Shown here: positions 13,301-28,300 of the stretch, piece by piece | Numbering within the stretch: position 1 is the stretch's first letter | How the letters are laid out: each line of letters starts with the position of its first letter | From: the human T2T-CHM13v2.0 reference genome, Homo sapiens | Reading direction: 5' to 3' (one strand) | NCBI RefSeq assembly: GCF_009914755.1 | Contig: NC_060939.1 | Length of the DNA: 64,000 nt | The notes under the pieces: model-generated | What the model saw: the letters and a program-made list of their open reading frames with translations, nothing else | What the model was told of the DNA's origin: nothing | Database searches by the model: none | Position numbers and translations under genes: made by a program

Positions 13301-16300
13301 TTTATATGAAGATATCTCCTTCTCCAAAGCAGGTCTCAAAGCCCTCCAAATATTCACTTCAAGATTCTACGGAAAGATTGTCTCAACACTGCTAAATCTA
13401 AACAAATGTTCAACTCTGTGTGATGAATGCACTCATCACAGAGAAGTTTCTCTGAATGCCTCTGTGTAGTTTTTATTTGAAGATATTTGCTTTTCCAGTA
13501 TAGGGCGAAATAGGGCTCCAAATATTCACTTGCAGATTCTACAAAAGGAGAGATTCCAAACTGCTCAATCAAAACATAGGTTCAACACTGTGAGTTGAAT
13601 GCACACATCACAAAGAAGTTTCACAGAGTGCTTCTGGGTAGTTTTTATTTGAGGATATTTCCCTTTCCACAATAGGCCTCAAAGCTTTCCAAATATCCAC
13701 TTGCAGATTCTGCAAAAAGAGAGATACAAAACTGCTCTATCAAAAGATAGATTCGACTCTGTGAGTTGAATGCCAACATCGCAAAGAAGTTTCTCAGAAT
13801 GCTTCTCTGCAGCTTTTTTGTGAGTATGTTTCGTTTTCCACCATAGGGCGAAATGGGGCTCCAAATATCCACTTGCATTTCCTACAAAAAGAGAGATTCT
13901 AAGCTGCTCAATCAAAACATTGTTTCAACACGGTTAGTTGAATGCACACATCCCAAAGATGTTTTTCAGAGTGCTTCTGTGTGGTTTTTATGTGAAGATA
14001 CTTCCTTTTCCACAATAGGCCTCAAATCTCTGTAAATATCCACCTGCAGACTCTACAAAGAGTGTTTCCAAACTGCTCAATCATAAGATAGGTTCAACTC
14101 CGATAGTTGAATGCACACATCACAAAGAAGTTTCTCGGAAAGCTTCTGTGTAGTTTTTGATGAAGATATCTTCTTCTCTAAAACAGAACTCCAAGCCCTC
14201 CAAATATTCACTTCAAGATTCTACGGAAAGATTGTCTCAAACTGCTAAATCAAAACAAAGGTTCAACTCTGTGTGATGAATGCATTCATCACAAAGAAGT
14301 TTCTCTGAGTGCTTCTGTGCAGTTTTTATTTGAAGATAATTGCTTTTCCAGTATAGGGCGAAATAGGGCTCCAAATATTCACTTGCAGATTCTACAGAAA
14401 GAGAGATTCCAAACTGCTCAATCAAAACATAGGTTCAACACTGTGAGTTGAATGCATACATCGCAAAGAAGTTTCACAGAGTACTTCTGGGTGGTTTTTA
14501 TTTGAAGATATTTCCCTTTCCACAATAGGCCTCAAAGCTTTCCAAATGTCCACTTGCAGATTCCACCAAAAGAGTGTTTCGAAACTGCTCAATCAAAAGA
14601 AAGGTTCTACTCTGTGGGATGAATGCACACATCACAAAGTAGTTTCTCAGAATGCTTCTGTGTAGTTTTTATGTGAAGATATTTGTTTTTCCACAGTAGG
14701 CCCCAAAGAGCTCCAAATATTCACTTGCAGATTCTACAAAAAGAGTGTTCCAAAACTGCTCAATCATGAAATAGGATCAACCCTGTGAGATGAATGTACG
14801 TATGACAGAGAAGTTTCTCAGAATGCTTCTGTGTAGTTTTTATGCGAAGATATTCGACTTTCCACAGTACGCCTCAAAGTTCTCCAATTATCCACTCGTA
14901 GATCCTGCAAAAAGAGAGATTCAAAACTGCTCAATCAAAAGATAGTTTCTACTCCATTAGCTGAAAGACCACATCACAAAAAAAGTTTCTCAGGATGCTT
15001 CTGTGTAGTTTTTATGTGAAGATATTTGGTTTTCCACAGTAGGCCTCAAAGCGCTCCAAATATCCACTCACAGATTCTGCAAAAAGAGAGATTCAAAACT
15101 GCTGAATCAAAAGACAGTTTCAACTCTGTGACTTCAGTGCACACCTCACAAGGATGTTTCTCAGAATGCTTCTGTGTAGTTTTTATATAAAGATATCTCC
15201 TTCTCCAAAATGGATCTCAAAGTTCTCCAAATATTCACTTCCAGATTCTATGGAAAGATTGTCTCAAAACTGCTCAATCAAACCAAAGGTTCAACTCTGT
15301 GAGATGAATGCCCACATCACAAAGAAGTTTCTCAGAGTACTTCTGTGTAGTTTCTATTTGAGGATAGTTCCTTTTCCACCACAGACCAGAAAGGGCTCCA
15401 AATATCCATTGCAGATGGTACAAAAAGTGAGATTCAAAACTGCTCAATCCAAAGGTAGTTTCAACCATGTGATATGAATGCACACAGCACAGAGAATTTT
15501 CTCAAAATGCGTCTGCCTAGTTTTTATTTGAAGATATTTCCTTTTCTACCATAGGCCACAAACGTCTCCAAATATCCACATGCAGCTTCTACAAAAAGAG
15601 AGATTCAAAACTTCTCAATCAAAAGATAGGTTCAACTCTGTGAGTTGAAAGCACACCTCACAGAGAAGTTTCTCAGAGTGCTTCTGTGTGTTTTTATGTG
15701 AAGATATTTCCTTTTCCACAATAGGCCTCAAAGCTCTCCAAATATCTGCGAGCAGAGTCTACAAAATGAGAGATTCAAAACTGCTCAATGAAAAGATAGG
15801 TTCAACTCTGTGAGTTGAATGCACACCTCCAAAGAAGTTTCTCAGAATGCTTCCGTGTAGTTTTTATGTGAAGATATTTACTTTTCCACAGTTGTCCCAA
15901 AGCTCTAAAATGTCCACTTGCAGACCCTCCAAAAGAGTGTTTCAGAATTGCTCAATCAAAGGGAAGGTTCAATTCTGTGTGACCAATGCACTCATCACAA
16001 AGAAGTTTGTCTGAATGCTTCTGTGTAGAATTGATTTGAAGATAATTCCTTTTCCACCACAGTCCGCAAAGGGCTAAAAATATCCACTTGCCGATTCCAC
16101 AAAAAGAGAGATTCAAAACTGCTCAATCACAAGATAGGTTCAACTTGGTAATTGGAAAGCACACATGACAAACAATTTCTGAGAATGTTTCTGTGTAGTT
16201 TTTAAGGGAAGATATTTGATTTTCAAATGTAGGCCTCAAATCGCTCCAAATATCCACTTGCATATTGTACAAAAAGAGAGATTCAAAACTGGTCACTCAA

Positions 16301-19300
16301 AAGTTAGGTCCAGCTCTGTGAGCTGAATGCACACATCACAAAGATGTTTCTCAGAAGGTTTCTGTATAGTTTCTATATGAAGATATTGGCTTTTCCACAA
16401 TATGCCTCAAATCTCCCCAATTATCCACTTGCAGATTCTAGAAAAAGAGTGTTTCAAAACAGCTCAATCAAAATAAACTTTCAACTCTGTGAGATCAATG
16501 CACACATCACAAAGAAGTTTCTCAGAATGCTTCTGTGTAGTTTTTTTTGTGAAGATATTTGATTTTCCACAGCAGGCTTCCAAGCACTCCAAATATCCAC
16601 TCGCAGATTCTGCAAAAAGAGAGATTCAAATCTGCTGAATCAAAAGATAGGTTTAACTCTGTGACTTCAATGCACACCTCACAAGGGTGTTTCTCAGAAA
16701 GCTTCTGTGTAGTTTTTATATGAAGATATCTCCTTCTCCAAAGCAGGTCTCAAAGCCCTCCAAATATTCACTTCAAGATTCTACGGAAAGATTGTCTCAA
16801 CACTGCTAAATCTAAACAAATGTTCAACTCTGTGTGATGAATGCACTCATCACAGAGAAGTTTCTCTGAATGCCTCTGTGTAGTTTTTATTTGAAGATAT
16901 TTGCTTTTCCAGTATAGGGCGAAATAGGGCTCCAAATATTCACTTGCAGATTCTACAAAAGGAGAGATTCCAAACTGCTCAATCAAAACATAGGTTCAAC
17001 ACTGTGAGTTGAATGCACACATCACAAAGAAGTTTCACAGAGTGCTTCTGGGTAGTTTTTATTTGAGGATATTTCCCTTTCCACAATAGGCCTCAAAGCT
17101 TTCCAAATATCCACTTGCAGATTCTGCAAAAACAAAGATACAAAACTGCTCTATCAAAAGATAGATTCGACTCTGTGAGTTGAATGCCAACATCGCAAAG
17201 AAGTTTCTCAGAATGCTTCTCTGCAGCTTTTTTGTGAGTATGTTTCGTTTTCCACCATAGGGCGAAATGGGGCTCCAAATATCCACTTGCATTTCCTACA
17301 AAAAGAGAGATTCTAAGCTGCTCAATCAAAACATTGTTTCAACACGGTTAGTTGAATGCACACATCCCAAAGATGTTTTTCAGAGTGCTTCTGTGTGGTT
17401 TTTATGTGAAGATACTTCCTTTTCCACAATAGGCCTCAAATCTCTGTAAATATCCACCTGCAGACTCTACAAAGAGTGTTTCCAAACTGCTCAATCATAA
17501 GATAGGTTCAACTCCGATAGTTGAATGCACACATCACAAAGAAGTTTCTCGGAAAGCTTCTGTGTAGTTTTTGATGAAGATATCTTCTTCTCTAAAACAG
17601 AACTCCAAGCCCTCCAAATATTCACTTCAAGATTCTACGGAAAGATTGTCTCAAACTGCTAAATCAAAACAAAGGTTCAACTCTGTGTGATGAATGCATT
17701 CATCACAAAGAAGTTTCTCTGAGTGCTTCTGTGCAGTTTTTATTTGAAGATAATTGCTTTTCCAGTATAGGGCGAAATAGGGCTCCAAATATTCACTTGC
17801 AGATTCTACAGAAAGAGAGATTCCAAACTGCTCAATCAAAACATAGGTTCAACACTGTGAGTTGAATGCATACATCGCAAAGAAGTTTCACAGAGTACTT
17901 CTGGGTGGTTTTTATTTGAAGATATTTCCCTTTCCACAATAGGCCTCAAAGCTTTCCAAATGTCCACTTGCAGATTCCACCAAAAGAGTGTTTCGAAACT
18001 GCTCAATCAAAAGAAAGGTTCTACTCTGTGGGATGAATGCACACATCACAAAGTAGTTTCTCAGAATGCTTCTGTGTAGTTTTTATGTGAAGATATTTGT
18101 TTTTCCACAGTAGGCCCCAAAGAGCTCCAAATATTCACTTGCAGATTCTACAAAAAGAGTGTTCCAAAACTGCTCAATCATGAAATAGGATCAACCCTGT
18201 GAGATGAATGTACGTATGACAGAGAAGTTTCTCAGAATGCTTCTGTGTAGTTTTTATGCGAAGATATTCGACTTTCCACAGTACGCCTCAAAGTTCTCCA
18301 ATTATCCACTCGTAGATCCTGCAAAAAGAGAGATTCAAAACTGCTCAATCAAAAGATAGTTTCTACTCCATTAGCTGAAAGACCACATCACAAAAAAAGT
18401 TTCTCAGGATGCTTCTGTGTAGTTTTTATGTGAAGATATTTGGTTTTCCACAGTAGGCCTCAAAGCGCTCCAAATATCCACTCACAGATTCTGCAAAAAG
18501 AGAGATTCAAAACTGCTGAATCAAAAGACAGTTTCAACTCTGTGACTTCAGTGCACACCTCACAAGGATGTTTCTCAGAATGCTTCTGTGTAGTTTTTAT
18601 ATAAAGATATCTCCTTCTCCAAAATGGATCTCAAAGTTCTCCAAATATTCACTTCCAGATTCTATGGAAAGATTGTCTCAAAACTGCTCAATCAAACCAA
18701 AGGTTCAACTCTGTGAGATGAATGCCCACATCACAAAGAAGTTTCTCAGAGTACTTCTGTGTAGTTTCTATTTGAGGATAGTTCCTTTTCCACCACAGAC
18801 CAGAAAGGGCTCCAAATATCCATTGCAGATGGTACAAAAAGTGAGATTCAAAACTGCTCAATCCAAAGGTAGTTTCAACCATGTGATATGAATGCACACA
18901 GCACAGAGAATTTTCTCAAAATGCGTCTGTCTAGTTTTTATTTGAAGATATTTCCTTTTCTACCATAGGCCACAAACGTCTCCAAATATCCACATGCAGC
19001 TTCTACAAAAAGAGAGATTCAAAACTTCTCAATCAAAAGATAGGTTCAACTCTGTGAGTTGAAAGCACACCTCACAGAGAAGTTTCTCAGAGTGCTTCTG
19101 TGTGTTTTTATGTGAAGATATTTCCTTTTCCACAATAGGCCTCAAAGCTCTCCAAATATCTGCGAGCAGAGTCTACAAAATGAGAGATTCAAAACTGCTC
19201 AATGAAAAGATAGGTTCAACTCTGTGAGTTGAATGCACACCTCCAAAGAAGTTTCTCAGAATGCTTCCGTGTAGTTTTTATGTGAAGATATTTACTTTTC

Positions 19301-22300
19301 CACAGTTGTCCCAAAGCTCTAAAATGTCCACTTGCAGACCCTCCAAAAGAGTGTTTCAGAATTGCTCAATCAAAGGGAAGGTTCAATTCTGTGTGACCAA
19401 TGCACTCATCACAAAGAAGTTTGTCTGAATGCTTCTGTGTAGAATTGATTTGAAGATAATTCCTTTTCCACCACAGTCCGCAAAGGGCTAAAAATATCCA
19501 CTTGCCGATTCCACAAAAAGAGAGATTCAAAACTGCTCAATCACAAGATAGGTTCAACTTGGTAATTGGAAAGCACACATGACAAACAATTTCTGAGAAT
19601 GTTTCTGTGTAGTTTTTAAGGGAAGATATTTGATTTTCAAATGTAGGCCTCAAATCGCTCCAAATATCCACTTGCATATTGTACAAAAAGAGAGATTCAA
19701 AACTGGTCACTCAAAAGTTAGGTCCAGCTCTGTGAGCTGAATGCACACATCACAAAGATGTTTCTCAGAAGGTTTCTGTATAGTTTCTATATGAAGATAT
19801 TGGCTTTTCCACAATATGCCTCAAATCTCCCCAATTATCCACTTGCAGATTCTAGAAAAAGAGTGTTTCAAAACAGCTCAATCAAAATAAACTTTCAACT
19901 CTGTGAGATCAATGCACACATCACAAAGAAGTTTCTCAGAATGCTTCTGTGTAGTTTTTTTTGTGAAGATATTTGATTTTCCACAGCAGGCTTCCAAGCA
20001 CTCCAAATATCCACTCGCAGATTCTGCAAAAAGAGAGATTCAAATCTGCTGAATCAAAAGATGGGTTTAACTCTGTGACTTCAATGCACACCTCACAAGG
20101 GTGTTTCTCAGAAAGCTTCTGTGTAGTTTTTATATGAAGATATCTCCTTCTCCAAAGCAGGTCTCAAAGCCCTCCAAATATTCACTTCAAGATTCTACGG
20201 AAAGATTGTCTCAACACTGCTAAATCTAAACAAATGTTCAACTCTGTGTGATGAATGCACTCATCACAGAGAAGTTTCTCTGAATGCCTCTGTGTAGTTT
20301 TTATTTGAAGATATTTGCTTTTCCAGTATAGGGCGAAATAGGGCTCCAAATATTCACTTGCAGATTCTACAAAAGGAGAGATTCCAAACTGCTCAATCAA
20401 AACATAGGTTCAACACTGTGAGTTGAATGCACACATCACAAAGAAGTTTCACAGAGTGCTTCTGGGTAGTTTTTATTTGAGGATATTTCCCTTTCCACAA
20501 TAGGCCTCAAAGCTTTCCAAATATCCACTTGCAGATTCTGCAAAAACAGAGATACAAAACTGCTCTATCAAAAGATAGATTCGACTCTGTGAGTTGAATG
20601 CCAACATCGCAAAGAAGTTTCTCAGAATGCTTCTCTGCAGCTTTTTTGTGAGTATGTTTCGTTTTCCACCATAGGGCGAAATGGGGCTCCAAATATCCAC
20701 TTGCATTTCCTACAAAAAGAGAGATTCTAAGCTGCTCAATCAAAACATTGTTTCAACACGGTTAGTTGAATGCACACATCCCAAAGATGTTTTTCAGAGT
20801 GCTTCTGTGTGGTTTTTATGTGAAGATACTTCCTTTTCCACAATAGGCCTCAAATCTCTGTAAATATCCACCTGCAGACTCTACAAAGAGTGTTTCCAAA
20901 CTGCTCAATCATAAGATAGGTTCAACTCCGATAGTTGAATGCACACATCACAAAGAAGTTTCTCGGAAAGCTTCTGTGTAGTTTTTGATGAAGATATCTT
21001 CTTCTCTAAAACAGAACTCCAAGCCCTCCAAATATTCACTTCAAGATTCTACGGAAAGATTGTCTCAAACTGCTAAATCAAAACAAAGGTTCAACTCTGT
21101 GTGATGAATGCATTCATCACAAAGAAGTTTCTCTGAGTGCTTCTGTGCAGTTTTTATTTGAAGATAATTGCTTTTCCAGTATAGGGCGAAATAGGGCTCC
21201 AAATATTCACTTGCAGATTCTACAGAAAGAGAGATTCCAAACTGCTCAATCAAAACATAGGTTCAACACTGTGAGTTGAATGCATACATCGCAAAGAAGT
21301 TTCACAGAGTACTTCTGGGTGGTTTTTATTTGAAGATATTTCCCTTTCCACAATAGGCCTCAAAGCTTTCCAAATGTCCACTTGCAGATTCCACCAAAAG
21401 AGTGTTTCGAAACTGCTCAATCAAAAGAAAGGTTCTACTCTGTGGGATGAATGCACACATCACAAAGTAGTTTCTCAGAATGCTTCTGTGTAGTTTTTAT
21501 GTGAAGATATTTGTTTTTCCACAGTAGGCCCCAAAGAGCTCCAAATATTCACTTGCAGATTCTACAAAAAGAGTGTTCCAAAACTGCTCAATCATGAAAT
21601 AGGATCAACCCTGTGAGATGAATGTACGTATGACAGAGAAGTTTCTCAGAATGCTTCTGTGTAGTTTTTATGCGAAGATATTCGACTTTCCACAGTACGC
21701 CTCAAAGTTCTCCAATTATCCACTCGTAGATCCTGCAAAAAGAGAGATTCAAAACTGCTCAATCAAAAGATAGTTTCTACTCCATTAGCTGAAAGACCAC
21801 ATCACAAAAAAAGTTTCTCAGGATGCTTCTGTGTAGTTTTTATGTGAAGATATTTGGTTTTCCACAGTAGGCCTCAAAGCGCTCCAAATATCCACTCACA
21901 GATTCTGCAAAAAGAGAGATTCAAAACTGCTGAATCAAAAGACAGTTTCAACTCTGTGACTTCAGTGCACACCTCACAAGGATGTTTCTCAGAATGCTTC
22001 TGTGTAGTTTTTATATAAAGATATCTCCTTCTCCAAAATGGATCTCAAAGTTCTCCAAATATTCACTTCCAGATTCTATGGAAAGATTGTCTCAAAACTG
22101 CTCAATCAAACCAAAGGTTCAACTCTGTGAGATGAATGCCCACATCACAAAGAAGTTTCTCAGAGTACTTCTGTGTAGTTTCTATTTGAGGATAGTTCCT
22201 TTTCCACCACAGACCAGAAAGGGCTCCAAATATCCATTGCAGATGGTACAAAAAGTGAGATTCAAAACTGCTCAATCCAAAGGTAGTTTCAACCATGTGA

Positions 22301-25300
22301 TATGAATGCACACAGCACAGAGAATTTTCTCAAAATGCGTCTGTCTAGTTTTTATTTGAAGATATTTCCTTTTCTACCATAGGCCACAAACGTCTCCAAA
22401 TATCCACATGCAGCTTCTACAAAAAGAGAGATTCAAAACTTCTCAATCAAAAGATAGGTTCAACTCTGTGAGTTGAAAGCACACCTCACAGAGAAGTTTC
22501 TCAGAGTGCTTCTGTGTGTTTTTATGTGAAGATATTTCCTTTTCCACAATAGGCCTCAAAGCTCTCCAAATATCTGCGAGCAGAGTCTACAAAATGAGAG
22601 ATTCAAAACTGCTCAATGAAAAGATAGGTTCAACTCTGTGAGTTGAATGCACACCTCCAAAGAAGTTTCTCAGAATGCTTCCGTGTAGTTTTTATGTGAA
22701 GATATTTACTTTTCCACAGTTGTCCCAAAGCTCTAAAATGTCCACTTGCAGACCCTCCAAAAGAGTGTTTCAGAATTGCTCAATCAAAGGGAAGGTTCAA
22801 TTCTGTGTGACCAATGCACTCATCACAAAGAAGTTTGTCTGAATGCTTCTGTGTAGAATTGATTTGAAGATAATTCCTTTTCCACCACAGTCCGCAAAGG
22901 GCTAAAAATATCCACTTGCCGATTCCACAAAAAGAGAGATTCAAAACTGCTCAATCACAAGATAGGTTCAACTTGGTAATTGGAAAGCACACATGACAAA
23001 CAGTTTCTGAGAATGATTCTGTGTAGTTTTTAAGGGAAGATATTTGATTTTCAAATGTAGGCCTCAAATCGCTCCAAATATCCACTTGCATATTGTACAA
23101 AAAGAGAGATTCAAAACTGGTCACTCAAAAGTTAGGTCCAGCTCTGTGAGCTGAATGCACACATCACAAAGATGTTTCTCAGAAGGTTTCTGTATAGTTT
23201 CTATATGAAGATATTGGCTTTTCCACAATATGCCTCAAATCTCCCCAATTATCCACTTGCAGATTCTAGAAAAAGAGTGTTTCAAAACAGCTCAATCAAA
23301 ATAAACTTTCAACTCTGTGAGATCAATGCACACATCACAAAGAAGTTTCTCAGAATGCTTCTGTGTAGTTTTTTTTGTGAAGATATTTGATTTTCCACAG
23401 CAGGCTTCCAAGCACTCCAAATATCCACTCGCAGATTCTGCAAAAAGAGAGATTCAAATCTGCTGAATCAAAAGATAGGTTTAACTCTGTGACTTCAATG
23501 CACACCTCACAAGGGTGTTTCTCAGAAAGCTTCTGTGTAGTTTTTATATGAAGATATCTCCTTCTCCAAAGCAGGTCTCAAAGCCCTCCAAATATTCACT
23601 TCAAGATTCTACGGAAAGATTGTCTCAACACTGCTAAATCTAAACAAATGTTCAACTCTGTGTGATGAATGCACTCATCACAGAGAAGTTTCTCTGAATG
23701 CCTCTGTGTAGTTTTTATTTGAAGATATTTGCTTTTCCAGTATAGGGCGAAATAGGGCTCCAAATATTCACTTGCAGATTCTACAAAAGGAGAGATTCCA
23801 AACTGCTCAATCAAAACATAGGTTCAACACTGTGAGTTGAATGCACACATCACAAAGAAGTTTCACAGAGTGCTTCTGGGTAGTTTTTATTTGAGGATAT
23901 TTCCCTTTCCACAATAGGCCTCAAAGCTTTCCAAATATCCACTTGCAGATTCTGCAAAAAGAGAGATACAAAACTGCTCTATCAAAAGATAGATTCGACT
24001 CTGTGAGTTGAATGCCAACATCGCAAAGAAGTTTCTCAGAATGCTTCTCTGCAGCTTTCTTGTGAGTATGTTTCGTTTTCCACCATAGGGCGAAATGGGG
24101 CTCCAAATATCCACTTGCATTTCCTACAAAAAGAGAGATTCTAAGCTGCTCAATCAAAACATTGTTTCAACACGGTTAGTTGAATGCACACATCCCAAAG
24201 ATGTTTTTCAGAGTGCTTCTGTGTGGTTTTTATGTGAAGATACTTCCTTTTCCACAATAGGCCTCAAATCTCTGTAAATATCCACTTGCAGACTCTACAA
24301 AGAGTGTTTCCAAACTCCTCAATCATAAGATAGGTTCAACTCCGATAGTTGAATGCACACATCACAAAGAAGTTTCTCGGAAAGCTTCTGTGTAGTTTTT
24401 GATGAAGATATCTTCTTCTCTAAAACAGAACTCCAAGCCCTCCAAATATTCACTTCAAGATTCTACGGAAAGATTGTCTCAAACTGCTAAATCAAAACAA
24501 AGGTTCAACTCTGTGTGATGAATGCATTCATCACAAAGAAGTTTCTCTGAGTGCTTCTGTGCAGTTTTTATTTGAAGATAATTGCTTTTCCAGTATAGGG
24601 CGAAATAGGGCTCCAAATATTCACTTGCAGATTCTACAGAAAGAGAGATTCCAAACTGCTCAATCAAAACATAGGTTCAACACTGTGAGTTGAATGCATA
24701 CATCGCAAAGAAGTTTCACAGAGTACTTCTGGGTGGTTTTTATTTGAAGATATTTCCCTTTCCACAATAGGCCTCAAAGCTTTCCAAATGTCCACTTGCA
24801 GATTCCACCAAAAGAGTGTTTCGAAACTGCTCAATCAAAAGAAAGGTTCTACTCTGTGGGATGAATGCACACATCACAAAGTAGTTTCTCAGAATGCTTC
24901 TGTGTAGTTTTTATGTGAAGATATTTGTTTTTCCACAGTAGGCCCCAAAGAGCTCCAAATATTCACTTGCAGATTCTACAAAAAGAGTGTTCCAAAACTG
25001 CTCAATCATGAAATAGGATCAACCCTGTGAGATGAATGTACGTATGACAGAGAAGTTTCTCAGAATGCTTCTGTGTAGTTTTTATGCGAAGATATTCGAC
25101 TTTCCACAGTACGCCTCAAAGTTCTCCAATTATCCACTCGTAGATCCTGCAAAAAGAGAGATTCAAAACTGCTCAATCAAAACATAGTTTCTACTCCATT
25201 AGCTGAAAGACCACATCACAAAAAAAGTTTCTCAGGATGCTTCTGTGTAGTTTTTATGTGAAGATATTTGGTTTTCCACAGTAGGCCTCAAAGCGCTCCA

Positions 25301-28300
25301 AATATCCACTCACAGATTCTGCAAAAAGAGAGATTCAAAACTGCTGAATCAAAAGACAGTTTCAACTCTGTGACTTCAGTGCACACCTCACAAGGATGTT
25401 TCTCAGAATGCTTCTGTGTAGTTTTTATATAAAGATATCTCCTTCTCCAAAATGGATCTCAAAGTTCTCCAAATATTCACTTCCAGATTCTATGGAAAGA
25501 TTGTCTCAAAACTGCTCAATCAAACCAAAGGTTCAACTCTGTGAGATGAATGCCCACATCACAAAGAAGTTTCTCAGAGTACTTCTGTGTAGTTTCTATT
25601 TGAGGATAGTTCCTTTTCCACCACAGACCAGAAAGGGCTCCAAATATCCATTGCAGATGGTACAAAAAGTGAGATTCAAAACTGCTCAATCCAAAGGTAG
25701 TTTCAACCATGTGATATGAATGCACACAGCACAGAGAATTTTCTCAAAATGCGTCTGTCTAGTTTTTATTTGAAGATATTTCCTTTTCTACCATAGGCCA
25801 CAAACGTCTCCAAATATCCACATGCAGCTTCTACAAAAAGAGAGATTCAAAACTTCTCAATCAAAAGATAGGTTCAACTCTGTGAGTTGAAAGCACACCT
25901 CACAGAGAAGTTTCTCAGAGTGCTTCTGTGTGTTTTTATGTGAAGATATTTCCTTTTCCACAATAGGCCTCAAAGCTCTCCAAATATCTGCGAGCAGAGT
26001 CTACAAAATGAGAGATTCAAAACTGCTCAATGAAAAGATAGGTTCAACTCTGTGAGTTGAATGCACACCTCCAAAGAAGTTTCTCAGAATGCTTCCGTGT
26101 AGTTTTTATGTGAAGATATTTACTTTTCCACAGTTGTCCCAAAGCTCTAAAATGTCCACTTGCAGACCCTCCAAAAGAGTGTTTCAGAATTGCTCAATCA
26201 AAGGGAAGGTTCAATTCTGTGTGACCAATGCACTCATCACAAAGAAGTTTGTCTGAATGCTTCTGTGTAGAATTGATTTGAAGATAATTCCTTTTCCACC
26301 ACAGTCCGCAAAGGGCTAAAAATATCCACTTGCCGATTCCACAAAAAGAGAGATTCAAAACTGCTCAATCACAAGATAGGTTCAACTTGGTAATTGGAAA
26401 GCACACATGACAAACAGTTTCTGAGAATGATTCTGTGTAGTTTTTAAGGGAAGATATTTGATTTTCAAATGTAGGCCTCAAATCGCTCCAAATATCCACT
26501 TGCATATTGTACAAAAAGAGAGATTCAAAACTGGTCACTCAAAAGTTAGGTCCAGCTCTGTGAGCTGAATGCACACATCACAAAGATGTTTCTCAGAAGG
26601 TTTCTGTATAGTTTCTATATGAAGATATTGGCTTTTCCACAATATGCCTCAAATCTCCCCAATTATCCACTTGCAGATTCTAGAAAAAGAGTGTTTCAAA
26701 ACAGCTCAATCAAAATAAACTTTCAACTCTGTGAGATCAATGCACACATCACAAAGAAGTTTCTCAGAATGCTTCTGTGTAGTTTTTTTTGTGAAGATAT
26801 TTGATTTTCCACAGCAGGCTTCCAAGCACTCCAAATATCCACTCGCAGATTCTGCAAAAAGAGAGATTCAAATCTGCTGAATCAAAAGATAGGTTTAACT
26901 CTGTGACTTCAATGCACACCTCACAAGGGTGTTTCTCAGAAAGCTTCTGTGTAGTTTTTATATGAAGATATCTCCTTCTCCAAAGCAGGTCTCAAAGCCC
27001 TCCAAATATTCACTTCAAGATTCTACGGAAAGATTGTCTCAACACTGCTAAATCTAAACAAATGTTCAACTCTGTGTGATGAATGCACTCATCACAGAGA
27101 AGTTTCTCTGAATGCCTCTGTGTAGTTTTTATTTGAAGATATTTGCTTTTCCAGTATAGGGCGAAATAGGGCTCCAAATATTCACTTGCAGATTCTACAA
27201 AAGGAGAGATTCCAAACTGCTCAATCAAAACATAGGTTCAACACTGTGAGTTGAATGCACACATCACAAAGAAGTTTCACAGAGTGCTTCTGGGTAGTTT
27301 TTATTTGAGGATATTTCCCTTTCCACAATAGGCCTCAAAGCTTTCCAAATATCCACTTGCAGATTCTGCAAAAAGAGAGATACAAAACTGCTCTATCAAA
27401 AGATAGATTCGACTCTGTGAGTTGAATGCCAACATCGCAAAGAAGTTTCTCAGAATGCTTCTCTGCAGCTTTCTTGTGAGTATGTTTCGTTTTCCACCAT
27501 AGGGCGAAATGGGGCTCCAAATATCCACTTGCATTTCCTACAAAAAGAGAGATTCTAAGCTGCTCAATCAAAACATTGTTTCAACACGGTTAGTTGAATG
27601 CACACATCCCAAAGATGTTTTTCAGAGTGCTTCTGTGTGGTTTTTATGTGAAGATACTTCCTTTTCCACAATAGGCCTCAAATCTCTGTAAATATCCACT
27701 TGCAGACTCTACAAAGAGTGTTTCCAAACTCCTCAATCATAAGATAGGTTCAACTCCGATAGTTGAATGCACACATCACAAAGAAGTTTCTCGGAAAGCT
27801 TCTGTGTAGTTTTTGATGAAGATATCTTCTTCTCTAAAACAGAACTCCAAGCCCTCCAAATATTCACTTCAAGATTCTACGGAAAGATTGTCTCAAACTG
27901 CTAAATCAAAACAAAGGTTCAACTCTGTGTGATGAATGCATTCATCACAAAGAAGTTTCTCTGAGTGCTTCTGTGCAGTTTTTATTTGAAGATAATTGCT
28001 TTTCCAGTATAGGGCGAAATAGGGCTCCAAATATTCACTTGCAGATTCTACAGAAAGAGAGATTCCAAACTGCTCAATCAAAACATAGGTTCAACACTGT
28101 GAGTTGAATGCATACATCGCAAAGAAGTTTCACAGAGTACTTCTGGGTGGTTTTTATTTGAAGATATTTCCCTTTCCACAATAGGCCTCAAAGCTTTCCA
28201 AATGTCCACTTGCAGATTCCACCAAAAGAGTGTTTCGAAACTGCTCAATCAAAAGAAAGGTTCTACTCTGTGGGATGAATGCACACATCACAAAGTAGTT

